Assembly: GCA_018645005.1 (NCBI GenBank)
Contig: JABGPJ010000058.1
Location: forward strand, 30,965 to 94,964
From: Deltaproteobacteria bacterium
Lineage (GTDB): Bacteria; SAR324; XYD2-FULL-50-16
Length of the DNA stretch: 64,000 bases
Direction of reading: 5' to 3'
Shown: one piece after another, positions 48,543-60,366 of the stretch
How the letters are laid out: every line of letters begins with the position of its first letter
Numbering within the stretch: the stretch's first letter is position 1
The notes under the pieces: model-generated
Database searches by the model: none
What the model was told of the DNA's origin: nothing
The model's input: only the letters and a program-made list of their open reading frames with translations
Made by a program: the position numbers and the translations under genes

Positions 48543-49949
48543 TTATTTTAAATAGTGAATCTGCCGCGCTTTTGAACTCATAATCATATCGTTTGTCGAT
48601 GACTCGCGAGGGAGCCTCTGGGATATCTCATGAATAAAATCGACGGCTTTTCTAACCAGATCAGGATTTTCATACACGGATAACTCTTTCACAATCACCT
48701 TGTACAGTGCGGTTTCAGCCTTCATCCGGATAATTGGATCAATATTTTCGGCACTGCTGCGAGACAAAATCTCGTTGAACAATCGTTTTGCCTCTTTTTC
48801 AACTTTCTTTGATGTATCGACCGTCTCTAATATAATCAGGTTCAGGCTTTGCTTGATGGCAGCCATTGACTTTTGGTCCACCCTATCCAAGACAGTGCAT
48901 TCACTCAGGTATTTATTGAGAAGTTCTTCCGCTTTTTGGTTCATCTCCTTGTTTTCTGCAACGGCCGCTGCTTCAACAGCCCGCTGATTAAGAATTTCGA
49001 AGACAGCCTGCTCTGTCTTCTTGTGCAGTGCGGACAACTCCATCGAATCGATAAATTCCGACAGAAGATTTTCAACTTTTCCCTGGACTATTGGATTCCC
49101 CTGTTCACAGGCAAACGCCTGAATCTCTTTATTGATGTGTTTGACAACTGTATTTGTCGATTCAGGTTGAATGATCGAGTTGTCGAGATGCTTGACCAGG
49201 TTTTGGGACAAATCTTCGGATTTATTTTTTACAAATTCATTGTCTTTTTGACAGGATATGTCGACCATCAGACCATTAACCAGCTTTCTGATCGTTTTTT
49301 CCGTATCCTGGGTGACCAATTCTGAATTTAAGCTTTGCAGGTACTCACGAAAAATTATTTCTGTTTGGGATAAAACCGTACTGTTCTTATCCTGGCAAGC
49401 CCATTGGACGCCCTTCTTATTGATAACAGATATAATGGACTGTTTGCTTCCTGAGCTGAACGTCTCGTGGGAAAGCTGGCTGAGGTAGTCCCGCAACAAC
49501 TCAATCGCCTTTTCCCGGACTTCATCATTTGATGGGTTGCGGGCGTTTAAGACCACTTGTTGATTAATGTGCGAAACAATTGCACCTTCACTCTTTTGGG
49601 TTATTACCGTCTGGTTAATTTTACTCACAAATTCCGCTGCCAGTTCCCCGACTTTTTGTTGAATTTCCGGACTTGATCCATTTTGTGCAAACTTAAGCAG
49701 CGAGGTATTGATATCCTCAAGCATTTTGGCATTCACATCTTTTCGGACCACTTCGATTCCAAATTTTTCAACACTTGCCAGAAGCAGTTCATGGGTTTTC
49801 TTTTTCACTACTTCTTCTATTTTTTTCTGATCAGACTTTGTTAATGAGATCTCCTTTGCAGCTCTATGAAACATACCAATAATTTTAAAGGTACGAATAA
49901 ATGACTGCACCGGATCCAGAAACAAACGATCAAAGATTGATTTAATCAT
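48543..49949 (-). CDS. Alpha-helical protein built from at least 7 tandem 48-residue repeats, unknown function
   Basis: Hand-parsed 48-aa units, e.g. SNDEVREKAIELLRDYLSQLSHETFSSGSKQSIISVINKKGVQWACQD / DNEFVKNKSEDLSQNLVKHLDNSIIQPESTNTVVKHINKEIQAFACEQ / GNPIVQGKVENLLSEFIDSMELSALHKKTEQAVFEILNQRAVEAAAVA. Confidence 0.65.
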   Translation of the reverse strand: MIKSIFDRLFLDPVQSFIRTFKIIGMFHRAAKEISLTKSDQKKIEEVVKKKTHELLLASVEKFGIEVVRKDVNAKMLEDINTSLLKFAQNGSSPEIQQKVGELAAEFVSKINQTVITQKSEGAIVSHINQQVVLNARNPSNDEVREKAIELLRDYLSQLSHETFSSGSKQSIISVINKKGVQWACQDKNSTVLSQTEIIFREYLQSLNSELVTQDTEKTIRKLVNGLMVDISCQKDNEFVKNKSEDLSQNLVKHLDNSIIQPESTNTVVKHINKEIQAFACEQGNPIVQGKVENLLSEFIDSMELSALHKKTEQAVFEILNQRAVEAAAVAENKEMNQKAEELLNKYLSECTVLDRVDQKSMAAIKQSLNLIILETVDTSKKVEKEAKRLFNEILSRSSAENIDPIIRMKAETALYKVIVKELSVYENPDLVRKAVDFIHEISQRLPRESSTNDMIMSSKARQIHYLK

Positions 49950-49960
49950 TTTTTCAATTT

Positions 49961-50152
49961 TTAGCTGTTGAATTTTGATATATGAGGTCGCCTTTTTTCA
50001 CCAATTTCGAAAATCTCAAACCTGAATCGTTTTCGAGATTGGCCGATTTTAATTAAGACTACTATTTCACTGCCACCTGACTCATATATACTGTGGCTTA
50101 GTGCTTTTCTGCGTATTTCTTCCTTAAACGGAAAATTGGGGGTGGTTGGCAT
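49961..50152 (-). CDS. Hypothetical small protein (63 aa)
   Basis: ORF ending 11 nt before the start of the repeat-protein gene on the same strand. No motif recognised. Confidence 0.3.
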   Translation of the reverse strand: MPTTPNFPFKEEIRRKALSHSIYESGGSEIVVLIKIGQSRKRFRFEIFEIGEKRRPHISKFNS

Positions 50153-50347
50153 TGAAAATGGCTCTCGACAACAATAATCGTGACCTATCAGGAGTTGTGA
50201 GATATATGTGTCAATCTAACGTTTCTCTTAGTCTTTCGAAGCCCAAAGCTAATGTCAAGCAGTCCTTATTGAATTCCGTGTTCAAGAATATTTTTTGACA
50301 TACTCGGACCCTCGTCACAAAAACCAATACTATATTTCAGATGGGTA

Positions 50348-50578
50348 CAGCAATGTCCGGTTTTTGTAGAAAGCTGAATGATGAAACCTGGATCGAGCTT
50401 ATAAGGATTTATTAGATTTTCTTAGTTTAGCGTAGCGAAAATAAGCCTTGTTTGAGCGAGGCAGGCGAGTTTGGCGGTTTTTCGTGAAGCAAACTTAGAA
50501 AATCTTTAAATCCTTATGCGCAAAGACGGATTTTATCATTGAGTTTTTGTTTAGCAAAAACCTAACCGGACATTGCTG
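50348..50578. mobile_element. MITE-like non-autonomous element (231 bp) with 15-bp perfect terminal inverted repeats, flanked by a 9-bp direct duplication
   Basis: Left TIR CAGCAATGTCCGGTT (50348..50362) and right TIR AACCGGACATTGCTG (50564..50578). AGATGGGTA occurs immediately outside both ends (50339..50347 and 50579..50587). Internal subterminal blocks are also inverted (ATAAGGATTTA..AGATTTTCT.AGTTT). No ORF. Confidence 0.7.
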
Positions 50579-50762
50579 AGATGGGTAGATTATACCAGGT
50601 CTCTGTTTCTTAACATTCCAGAGGCATTTTTTACTCTGTATAGCTGGTTATTGATGACAATTTTGTACCGAATGTACTAACTCTGAACCTAACACGGGTT
50701 GTCATTTATTTCGTTTTTCGGTGTTAGGCTACCTGTATTCAAATTAGCGGACTTCGTCTTAA

Positions 50763-54169
<3,407 letters not shown>

Positions 54170-54226
54170 TTTCTGTTATTTACCTCCTTTTCATTTTTAA
54201 GAATTATAAATGACTCCCAGCGGCTG

Positions 54227-55162
54227 ATGGTATCAAAAACACAAACCATTCACATATATTTATTGACCTATAATCGCCCCCAATATTTCCTTCAGGCGCT
54301 GCATTCGGTACTCAATCAGAATTTTGAAGATTTCCTGGTCATCGTTTCAGACAACTCAACCAATGATGAAACTGAAAAACTGGTTCAAACCATTCATCAC
54401 CCAAAACTACAATACATAAAAAGAACTCCCAGCACTCCCTCTTTAGAACATTATAGAACAGTTCTATCCGAAGTTTCATCCGAATATTTTATGATCTTTC
54501 ATGATGATGATATTATGGATCCGGATTGTTTAAGCATTCTGTCATCTGATCTCGACGCATCACCAACTGCCGCTGCAGTCGGTGGAAACGCGGAAATATT
54601 CTGGGATACAAAAAACCGTTTCAAACGACGTTTTTTCAAACCAGCGAAACAAAATCGTGTCTTGCAACATCCAAATGAGCTCGCTAAAATATACCTTACA
54701 TTTGAAGGGCTTGCTCCCTTCCCATCCTATATGTACCGCAAAAGCCTTATCAATGGACTGAATTTAGATCCTGAAGAAGGTGGCCAGGGTGCTGATGTTT
54801 CTTTTCTATTAAAAGTTCTGCAAAGAGGGGAAATTATTTGGGAAAACCGCTGTATCATGCAGTACCGAAAGCATCATTCTCAAGACAGCCAGGGCCTGGA
54901 CATCAAAGATTTGCTACAACTTTTAAATCACATTCATAAGAATACGGACGTATCAAGGAAATCATTCGAATCAAATTTTTTTCGATATAAGTCATGGGCA
55001 GGAGTACTTAAAAGCCAGTTCTTTCAAACTGGAGGCAAGTTGACTGACAACCGAATGAAAATGATATATCGAGCAATTTTCTGCTTTTCGCCATTCGATA
55101 TCTTTTTAAAACTATTTATTTGGAGAATCCGTGCAATCATAGCAGGAGTCAAATCCCGCTGA
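54227..55162 (+). CDS. Family 2 glycosyltransferase
   Basis: YLLTYNRPQYF..., VIVSDNSTNDET and FHDDDIM (DxD) motifs of the GT-A / GT2 fold. Confidence 0.8.
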   Translation: MVSKTQTIHIYLLTYNRPQYFLQALHSVLNQNFEDFLVIVSDNSTNDETEKLVQTIHHPKLQYIKRTPSTPSLEHYRTVLSEVSSEYFMIFHDDDIMDPDCLSILSSDLDASPTAAAVGGNAEIFWDTKNRFKRRFFKPAKQNRVLQHPNELAKIYLTFEGLAPFPSYMYRKSLINGLNLDPEEGGQGADVSFLLKVLQRGEIIWENRCIMQYRKHHSQDSQGLDIKDLLQLLNHIHKNTDVSRKSFESNFFRYKSWAGVLKSQFFQTGGKLTDNRMKMIYRAIFCFSPFDIFLKLFIWRIRAIIAGVKSR

Positions 55163-55208
55163 TGCCATTCACGCCTTTGATGAAACGATAGTGGGGACTA
55201 CTCAATTG

Positions 55209-55314
55209 TTAGGGATCGTACAAAAATAACTTGGCATAATTTGTCCGCAAAAGTCCCATAAAGACTGGACATTTTGCAGACAAAATGCCAAGTAATTTCT
55301 GAGCCAACCCTTAT
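55209..55314 (+). repeat. 106-nt palindromic repeat, copy B
   Basis: Ungapped alignment to copy C at 84/106 by hand count. Same long-hairpin architecture with compensated arm substitutions. Ends 56 nt upstream of the CgeB-like gene. Confidence 0.85.
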
Positions 55315-55370
55315 CCAGTTCTAATAGTTCACTTAACTCCGGCTATCGCCCATAAAAGTAAAATAAGCTT

Positions 55371-56453
55371 ATGAAAGTACTATATGTGGACTTACAGTAC
55401 GACTATGGTGTTAAGGAAAGAGGGTTAAACTATATCGGCCAGGATGGTTTTAAAAAAAACATTCAACGATTAAACCATGACCTGGACACCTTCTATTATG
55501 ATCGTTATCTAAACAACATCGATCAACTTCAGATAGATATAATTAAAAAGGCAAAAGAATTTGGACCTGATTTAATATTTTTCCAGCTCTTCTCCAATCA
55601 GTTTAGTCTAGAAACGCTAGATTATTTGAAAGGGACGTATCAGACAATAGCATGGTTTGGAGACGATACCTGGAGATTTGATTCATACACCAAAAATTTT
55701 GCAAATCATTTTACCTGGTGTATCACAACGGATAAATTTTCTATTCCTAAATACAAAATAATCGGTCAAAAAAATGTGATCCTCAGTCAATGGGCAGCAA
55801 TTGACTCTCATAAAATTCCCCAAAGAAAAAACAATTATCTGTACGATGCCTCATTTGTAGGGGGAATAAGTCCATATAGAAAATGGTTTATTGAAACGCT
55901 GCAAAAAACAGGACTAGAAATAAGCACTTTTGGTAATGGTTGGAAAGGTGGAAAAGTCACTCATGATGAAATGAATGAAATCTTTGTCAATTCCAAAATA
56001 AACCTGAATATCTCGAATAGTGAAAGTTATGACCTCAGATATCTTTTACATATACCCTTTAGATTTCGTAATGACTCATCAAACAATATCAAGGAAAGAC
56101 TTAAACCCTTAGCAGCAAAAATCAGGGAATGGCGAAAGATCATGATAAAAACCAAAGGAAGTAAAACTTACGGACAGATTAAAGCCAGAAACTTCGAAAT
56201 TCCATATTTCTCTGGCTTTCAACTGACAAATTATTTTCCTGGAATTGAAGATTATTTTGACATCGGAAGTGAAATCGTTTGTTACAGCGATGTTGATGAA
56301 GCTGAATTACTTATTCGATATTATCTTGACAATGAAAAGGAAAGAGAAGAGATCAAAAATAAATCCCATAGACTTGCTGTTGAGAAACATGGTTATTTGA
56401 ATAGATTAGAACCAATCTTGAACCAAGTTTTTAATAACCGGAAAAGGAAGTAA
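55371..56453 (+). CDS. CgeB-family / DUF3880-type glycosyltransferase-like protein
   Basis: C-terminal block KARNFEIPYFSGFQLTNYFPGIEDYFDIGSEIVCYSDVDEAELLIRYYLDNEKEREEIKNKSHRLAVEKHGYLNRL matches the Glyco_trans_1_2/CgeB pattern as I recall it. Confidence 0.65.
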   Translation: MKVLYVDLQYDYGVKERGLNYIGQDGFKKNIQRLNHDLDTFYYDRYLNNIDQLQIDIIKKAKEFGPDLIFFQLFSNQFSLETLDYLKGTYQTIAWFGDDTWRFDSYTKNFANHFTWCITTDKFSIPKYKIIGQKNVILSQWAAIDSHKIPQRKNNYLYDASFVGGISPYRKWFIETLQKTGLEISTFGNGWKGGKVTHDEMNEIFVNSKINLNISNSESYDLRYLLHIPFRFRNDSSNNIKERLKPLAAKIREWRKIMIKTKGSKTYGQIKARNFEIPYFSGFQLTNYFPGIEDYFDIGSEIVCYSDVDEAELLIRYYLDNEKEREEIKNKSHRLAVEKHGYLNRLEPILNQVFNNRKRK

Positions 56454-57409
56454 TGACAGATAATAAAAATAAAAAAATCCTGGTTACCGGGGCAAAAGGA
56501 ATGGTGGGACATGCTCTTGTTAAACACCTACAGGAAGAAAACTATAAAAATATTTTGGCTGTGGGCAGAACAGATCTGGACCTTACAGATTCTGCTGCAG
56601 TAGATTCGTACTTCGACAAATACAGACCTGATTTTGTGTATATGATAGCAGCCAAAGTCGGGGGTATTGCGGCCAATATGTCAGATCCGGTTGGGTTTCT
56701 CGTTGATAACCTTAAGATTGAACTAAATCTATACCAGGCCTGTCATAAATATAAAACGGCTAAGAACCTTTTCCTGGGAAGTTCCTGCATTTATCCCAAA
56801 GAATGCCCTCAACCCATGAAAGAGAATTACCTACTAACCGGCACTCTGGAACCTACCAATGAAGGATATGCTTTATCAAAAATTACAGGCCTGCGACTCG
56901 CAGAGTACTATTACCAGCAGTATGGAATGCTGACTGTTTGCCCTATGCCTTGCAATATATATGGTACCGGTGACCATTTTGATCTTCAAAAATCTCATGT
57001 CCTCTCAGCTCTTGTTAAACGATTCATTGACGCAGTTGATGAACAGACAAACAGTGTCACTTTATGGGGTACCGGAATTGCGCGCAGAGAGTTTATCCAT
57101 GTCGATGACGTTGCCCAAGCGCTACTGTTTTTTATGGAAACCCATAGTTCACCTGAATTTGTAAATCTAGGTACCGGAAAAGACATCACGATTCGGGAAC
57201 TTGCAGAGTTAATTGCAAGTGAGGCCGACTATCAAGGAAAAATAGTCTGGGATGAATCGAAACCGAATGGTATGTTAAAAAAATGTTTGGACATAACGAA
57301 ATTGGAAGCACTCGGTTTTACCCCGCAAGTGTCACTGAAAAAAGGCGTACAAAAAACAATTGCCGAGTATCGACAAATTAAACAGCAATTATCACGAGAC
57401 AATAAATGA
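56453..57409 (+). CDS. fcl: GDP-L-fucose synthase-family epimerase/reductase (Fcl; could equally be a ColC-type GDP-L-colitose synthase)
   Basis: VTGAKGMVGHAL Rossmann motif, PDFVYMIAAKVGGIAAN, LGSSCIYPK and catalytic YALSK. 318 aa. The start overlaps the upstream stop (TAATG). Confidence 0.8.
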   Translation: MTDNKNKKILVTGAKGMVGHALVKHLQEENYKNILAVGRTDLDLTDSAAVDSYFDKYRPDFVYMIAAKVGGIAANMSDPVGFLVDNLKIELNLYQACHKYKTAKNLFLGSSCIYPKECPQPMKENYLLTGTLEPTNEGYALSKITGLRLAEYYYQQYGMLTVCPMPCNIYGTGDHFDLQKSHVLSALVKRFIDAVDEQTNSVTLWGTGIARREFIHVDDVAQALLFFMETHSSPEFVNLGTGKDITIRELAELIASEADYQGKIVWDESKPNGMLKKCLDITKLEALGFTPQVSLKKGVQKTIAEYRQIKQQLSRDNK

Positions 57410-58578
57410 TTCCATTAATGAAAAATGCATTCCTTTATGAAACTCAAACAAAAAAGGAGTTAGCCGAGTTTATTATGACGGCATCTCGCTTAAGTATGAG
57501 CGATAAATGTCAACAGTTTGAGCAGGTGTTTGCAAAAACACAAGGAAGAAAAGATTGTGTTCTTTTCAATAGCGGAGGAAGCGCAAATCTGGCACTTATT
57601 CAGGCATATAAGAACCTTGGGGTCCTGAGTGATGGGGATAAAATTGGTTTTTCCGCTTTAACCTGGTCCACCAATGTTATGCCACTAATCCAACTGGGCT
57701 TGATTCCTGTGCCTCTTGATTGTGAGCCGCAGACACTAAATGTAATGAGTTACAACCTCAATGATCGTTTGCAGGAAACTGATTTAAAGGCTGTTTTTAT
57801 TACAAATGCATTGGGGCTGGCTGGAGATCTGGATAAAATCAGAGAACTGTGTATAAAAAGAAACATACTTTTGTTTGAAGATAATTGCGAAGCTTTGGGC
57901 ACCGTTTTATCAGCAACCAAAACCGGCAATTTTGGTGATGCCGCTACATTTTCCTATTTTGTTGCTCATCACATGTCTTCAATTGAAGGCGGATCAGTTT
58001 GCACTGATAATCAAGATTTAGCCGAAATGCTCAGAATTGTTCGTGCAAATGGGTGGGATCGTAATCTAACTTCAGAGCAACAGCATAAGTGGAGAAACAG
58101 GCATGAAATACAAGGAGAACTGGATGATAAATATACGTTTTATGATTTGGGATTTAATTTAAGACCCACTGAAATTACAGCATTTTTAGCATTAACACAG
58201 TTGAGATATTTAGAGGAAAACTGTTTAAAAAGGGAACGAATTTTTAAAATTCTTGATGCAAAAATCCGGGGAAATGACAATTTTCTTCCTCTAAATCATG
58301 ATCATATTTCCTTTCTGTCTGCATTTGCTTTCCCGGTAATCTGCAAATCCCCTCAAGTAAGAGATTATTACATCCAGCGGCTTGAAAAAGAGAATGTTGA
58401 AGTCAGGCCTGTCATCTCAGGTAATATTCAACGTCAGCCATTTTATAAAAAATATATCAAAGACGAGTACAAAGCACCCGGGGCTGATATGGTTCATGAC
58501 TGCGGATTCTACTTTGGAAATTATCCAGAGTTGACAGATGAAGACCTTGAAATTTTGTCCTCAGCGCTCATGAATTAA
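57406..58578 (+). CDS. DegT/DnrJ/EryC1-family PLP/PMP enzyme with His replacing the Schiff-base Lys: ColD/E1-type sugar 3-dehydratase
   Basis: The family fold is evident. The active-site segment ATFSYFVAHHMSSIEGG has His188-His189 (nt 57967..57972) where aminotransferases have SFxxxKxxxxGEGG. ATGA overlap with the fcl-like gene. Confidence 0.65.
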   Translation: MIPLMKNAFLYETQTKKELAEFIMTASRLSMSDKCQQFEQVFAKTQGRKDCVLFNSGGSANLALIQAYKNLGVLSDGDKIGFSALTWSTNVMPLIQLGLIPVPLDCEPQTLNVMSYNLNDRLQETDLKAVFITNALGLAGDLDKIRELCIKRNILLFEDNCEALGTVLSATKTGNFGDAATFSYFVAHHMSSIEGGSVCTDNQDLAEMLRIVRANGWDRNLTSEQQHKWRNRHEIQGELDDKYTFYDLGFNLRPTEITAFLALTQLRYLEENCLKRERIFKILDAKIRGNDNFLPLNHDHISFLSAFAFPVICKSPQVRDYYIQRLEKENVEVRPVISGNIQRQPFYKKYIKDEYKAPGADMVHDCGFYFGNYPELTDEDLEILSSALMN

Positions 58579-58757
58579 TCCTATTACAGAATCACTTCCT
58601 GAATTTGAAGTTTTCTTAATTAAGGCGAAAAGTTTGGTGAAACTGATCATTTTTTCCTCAATGATCATGGATTATCCCAGAACCGCTTATTCATTTCTGT
58701 CTGATTGAATTCATGTTTCAATTGACAGATTAGATTAATGAAAAAATCGGTATTAAA

Positions 58758-60155
58758 ATGAAAATCGTCTTAATATCAACTTCAATTGAAGATGTTCACC
58801 GCAGTGACACCATTCAAGAAAATTCACATTATCCCATTGGTGTCGCTTATTTAGTTTCGTGTTTAAAGCAAAAGCAGCATATAGTCGACACATTGTTTTT
58901 AAATGATTATAGCTACGATCAAAGCTTAAAAATCATTGAAAATAAAATAGAAACCTTTAAGCCAGATACTATCGGCTTTAATATACTGACGCCGAATAGA
59001 GTGAGCAGTTTTCAGGCAATTCACTTCATTCATACAAAATATCCGGATATTAAAATAGTAGTTGGGGGAATTCATGTTACTTTACTGTACGAACAGATAT
59101 TGGATTCATACGAATATGTGATTGCGGTGTTGGGTGAGGGTGAACTTACCTTCCTTGAGCTATTGGAAAAATTCTCAGATAACGACACCATTAGATCTGT
59201 TAAAGGGATTGCTTTCAAACAAAATGGGAACCTGGTCAAAACTGAATCCCGTCCATTAATCGAAGATTTAGACAGCCTCCCGTTTCCTGAACATAAATCT
59301 TTTTTTACACCTAACCGGACAACGGCTTGCCTGCTTACCAGCAGAGGGTGCCCATTCAAATGTAGCTTTTGTGTGCTGGACAGTATTTCCAGGCAGAAGG
59401 TCCGATATCGATCTGTCAGTAATGTGGTTGATGAAATCGAGTATTTGGATATAAATTTTCCGCAGTTGTCAACTATCTGGATTCATGATGACAACTTTTT
59501 GCTGAGTAATCGACGTGCGATTGAGATCTGTAATGAGATTGTGAACAGGGGGATTAAGAAGAAATTCATCTGTAGCGCCAGGTTCAAACCATTTTCCGTT
59601 AAACTTCTGAAAGCGTTGGAAACAGCTGGATTTGTGGAAATTTTATTTGGATTGGAATCTGGTTCAAAGAAGGTCCTGGAGCTGTGTCATAAGAAAATAA
59701 AACAAGAAGATGTCGTAGAAACAATATCCATCTTTAAAAACTCAACCATTAAGCCGATCTGTTTTTTAATTGTCGGATTATATGGTGAAGATGACAGCAC
59801 TATTAAAGAAACAATCCATTTTGTTAAAAAACTTCAAAAAATAAAATACATATATTTTGATGATATTGGTATTGCAATGGCTTATCCAGGCACAGAACTT
59901 TATGAGATTGCCCAAAAGAATGATCAGATAGATGACAGTTATTGGCTGACTGATAAGCCCACACCTATTTTTACTGCCGAACACAGTCAGGAAAAGCTAT
60001 TGTCTTATCACACGAAAATTCGGAACCATATTTCATTTAAGCGAATGTTCACCTTTTCCGGTTTTTTTATTCAACTGGCGATGTTGCCCCATAGCGCCCC
60101 CTATGTTTCCAGGAAGATATTTCAACGAATCAGAAGGAAAACAAATATGTTTTGA
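58758..60155 (+). CDS. Cobalamin-binding-domain radical SAM enzyme (class B, methyltransferase-like)
   Basis: The N-terminal ~140 aa is flavodoxin-like/B12-binding-type (MKIVLIS...PDTIGFNILTP...IVVGGIH). It is followed by SRGCPFKCSFCV (CxxxCxxC). 465 aa. Confidence 0.75.
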   Translation: MKIVLISTSIEDVHRSDTIQENSHYPIGVAYLVSCLKQKQHIVDTLFLNDYSYDQSLKIIENKIETFKPDTIGFNILTPNRVSSFQAIHFIHTKYPDIKIVVGGIHVTLLYEQILDSYEYVIAVLGEGELTFLELLEKFSDNDTIRSVKGIAFKQNGNLVKTESRPLIEDLDSLPFPEHKSFFTPNRTTACLLTSRGCPFKCSFCVLDSISRQKVRYRSVSNVVDEIEYLDINFPQLSTIWIHDDNFLLSNRRAIEICNEIVNRGIKKKFICSARFKPFSVKLLKALETAGFVEILFGLESGSKKVLELCHKKIKQEDVVETISIFKNSTIKPICFLIVGLYGEDDSTIKETIHFVKKLQKIKYIYFDDIGIAMAYPGTELYEIAQKNDQIDDSYWLTDKPTPIFTAEHSQEKLLSYHTKIRNHISFKRMFTFSGFFIQLAMLPHSAPYVSRKIFQRIRRKTNMF

Positions 60156-60366
60156 AGCAGTTAAATACTTAAATGGATTTCATCAAGTCTTTGAGTAAAC
60201 AAGGTGGCATCTCTAGATAGTGTCAAATATCCTTCGTTTTATTGCTAATTAGCCAATAAGACCTATATGGATTACCGCCTCACACGGTCAAACCTTTGTA
60301 AATCCCCCGGCGGAGCCGGCGGTTTAACAGTTGTAACTAACCTGAAAACCATAACAATAATAGTTA

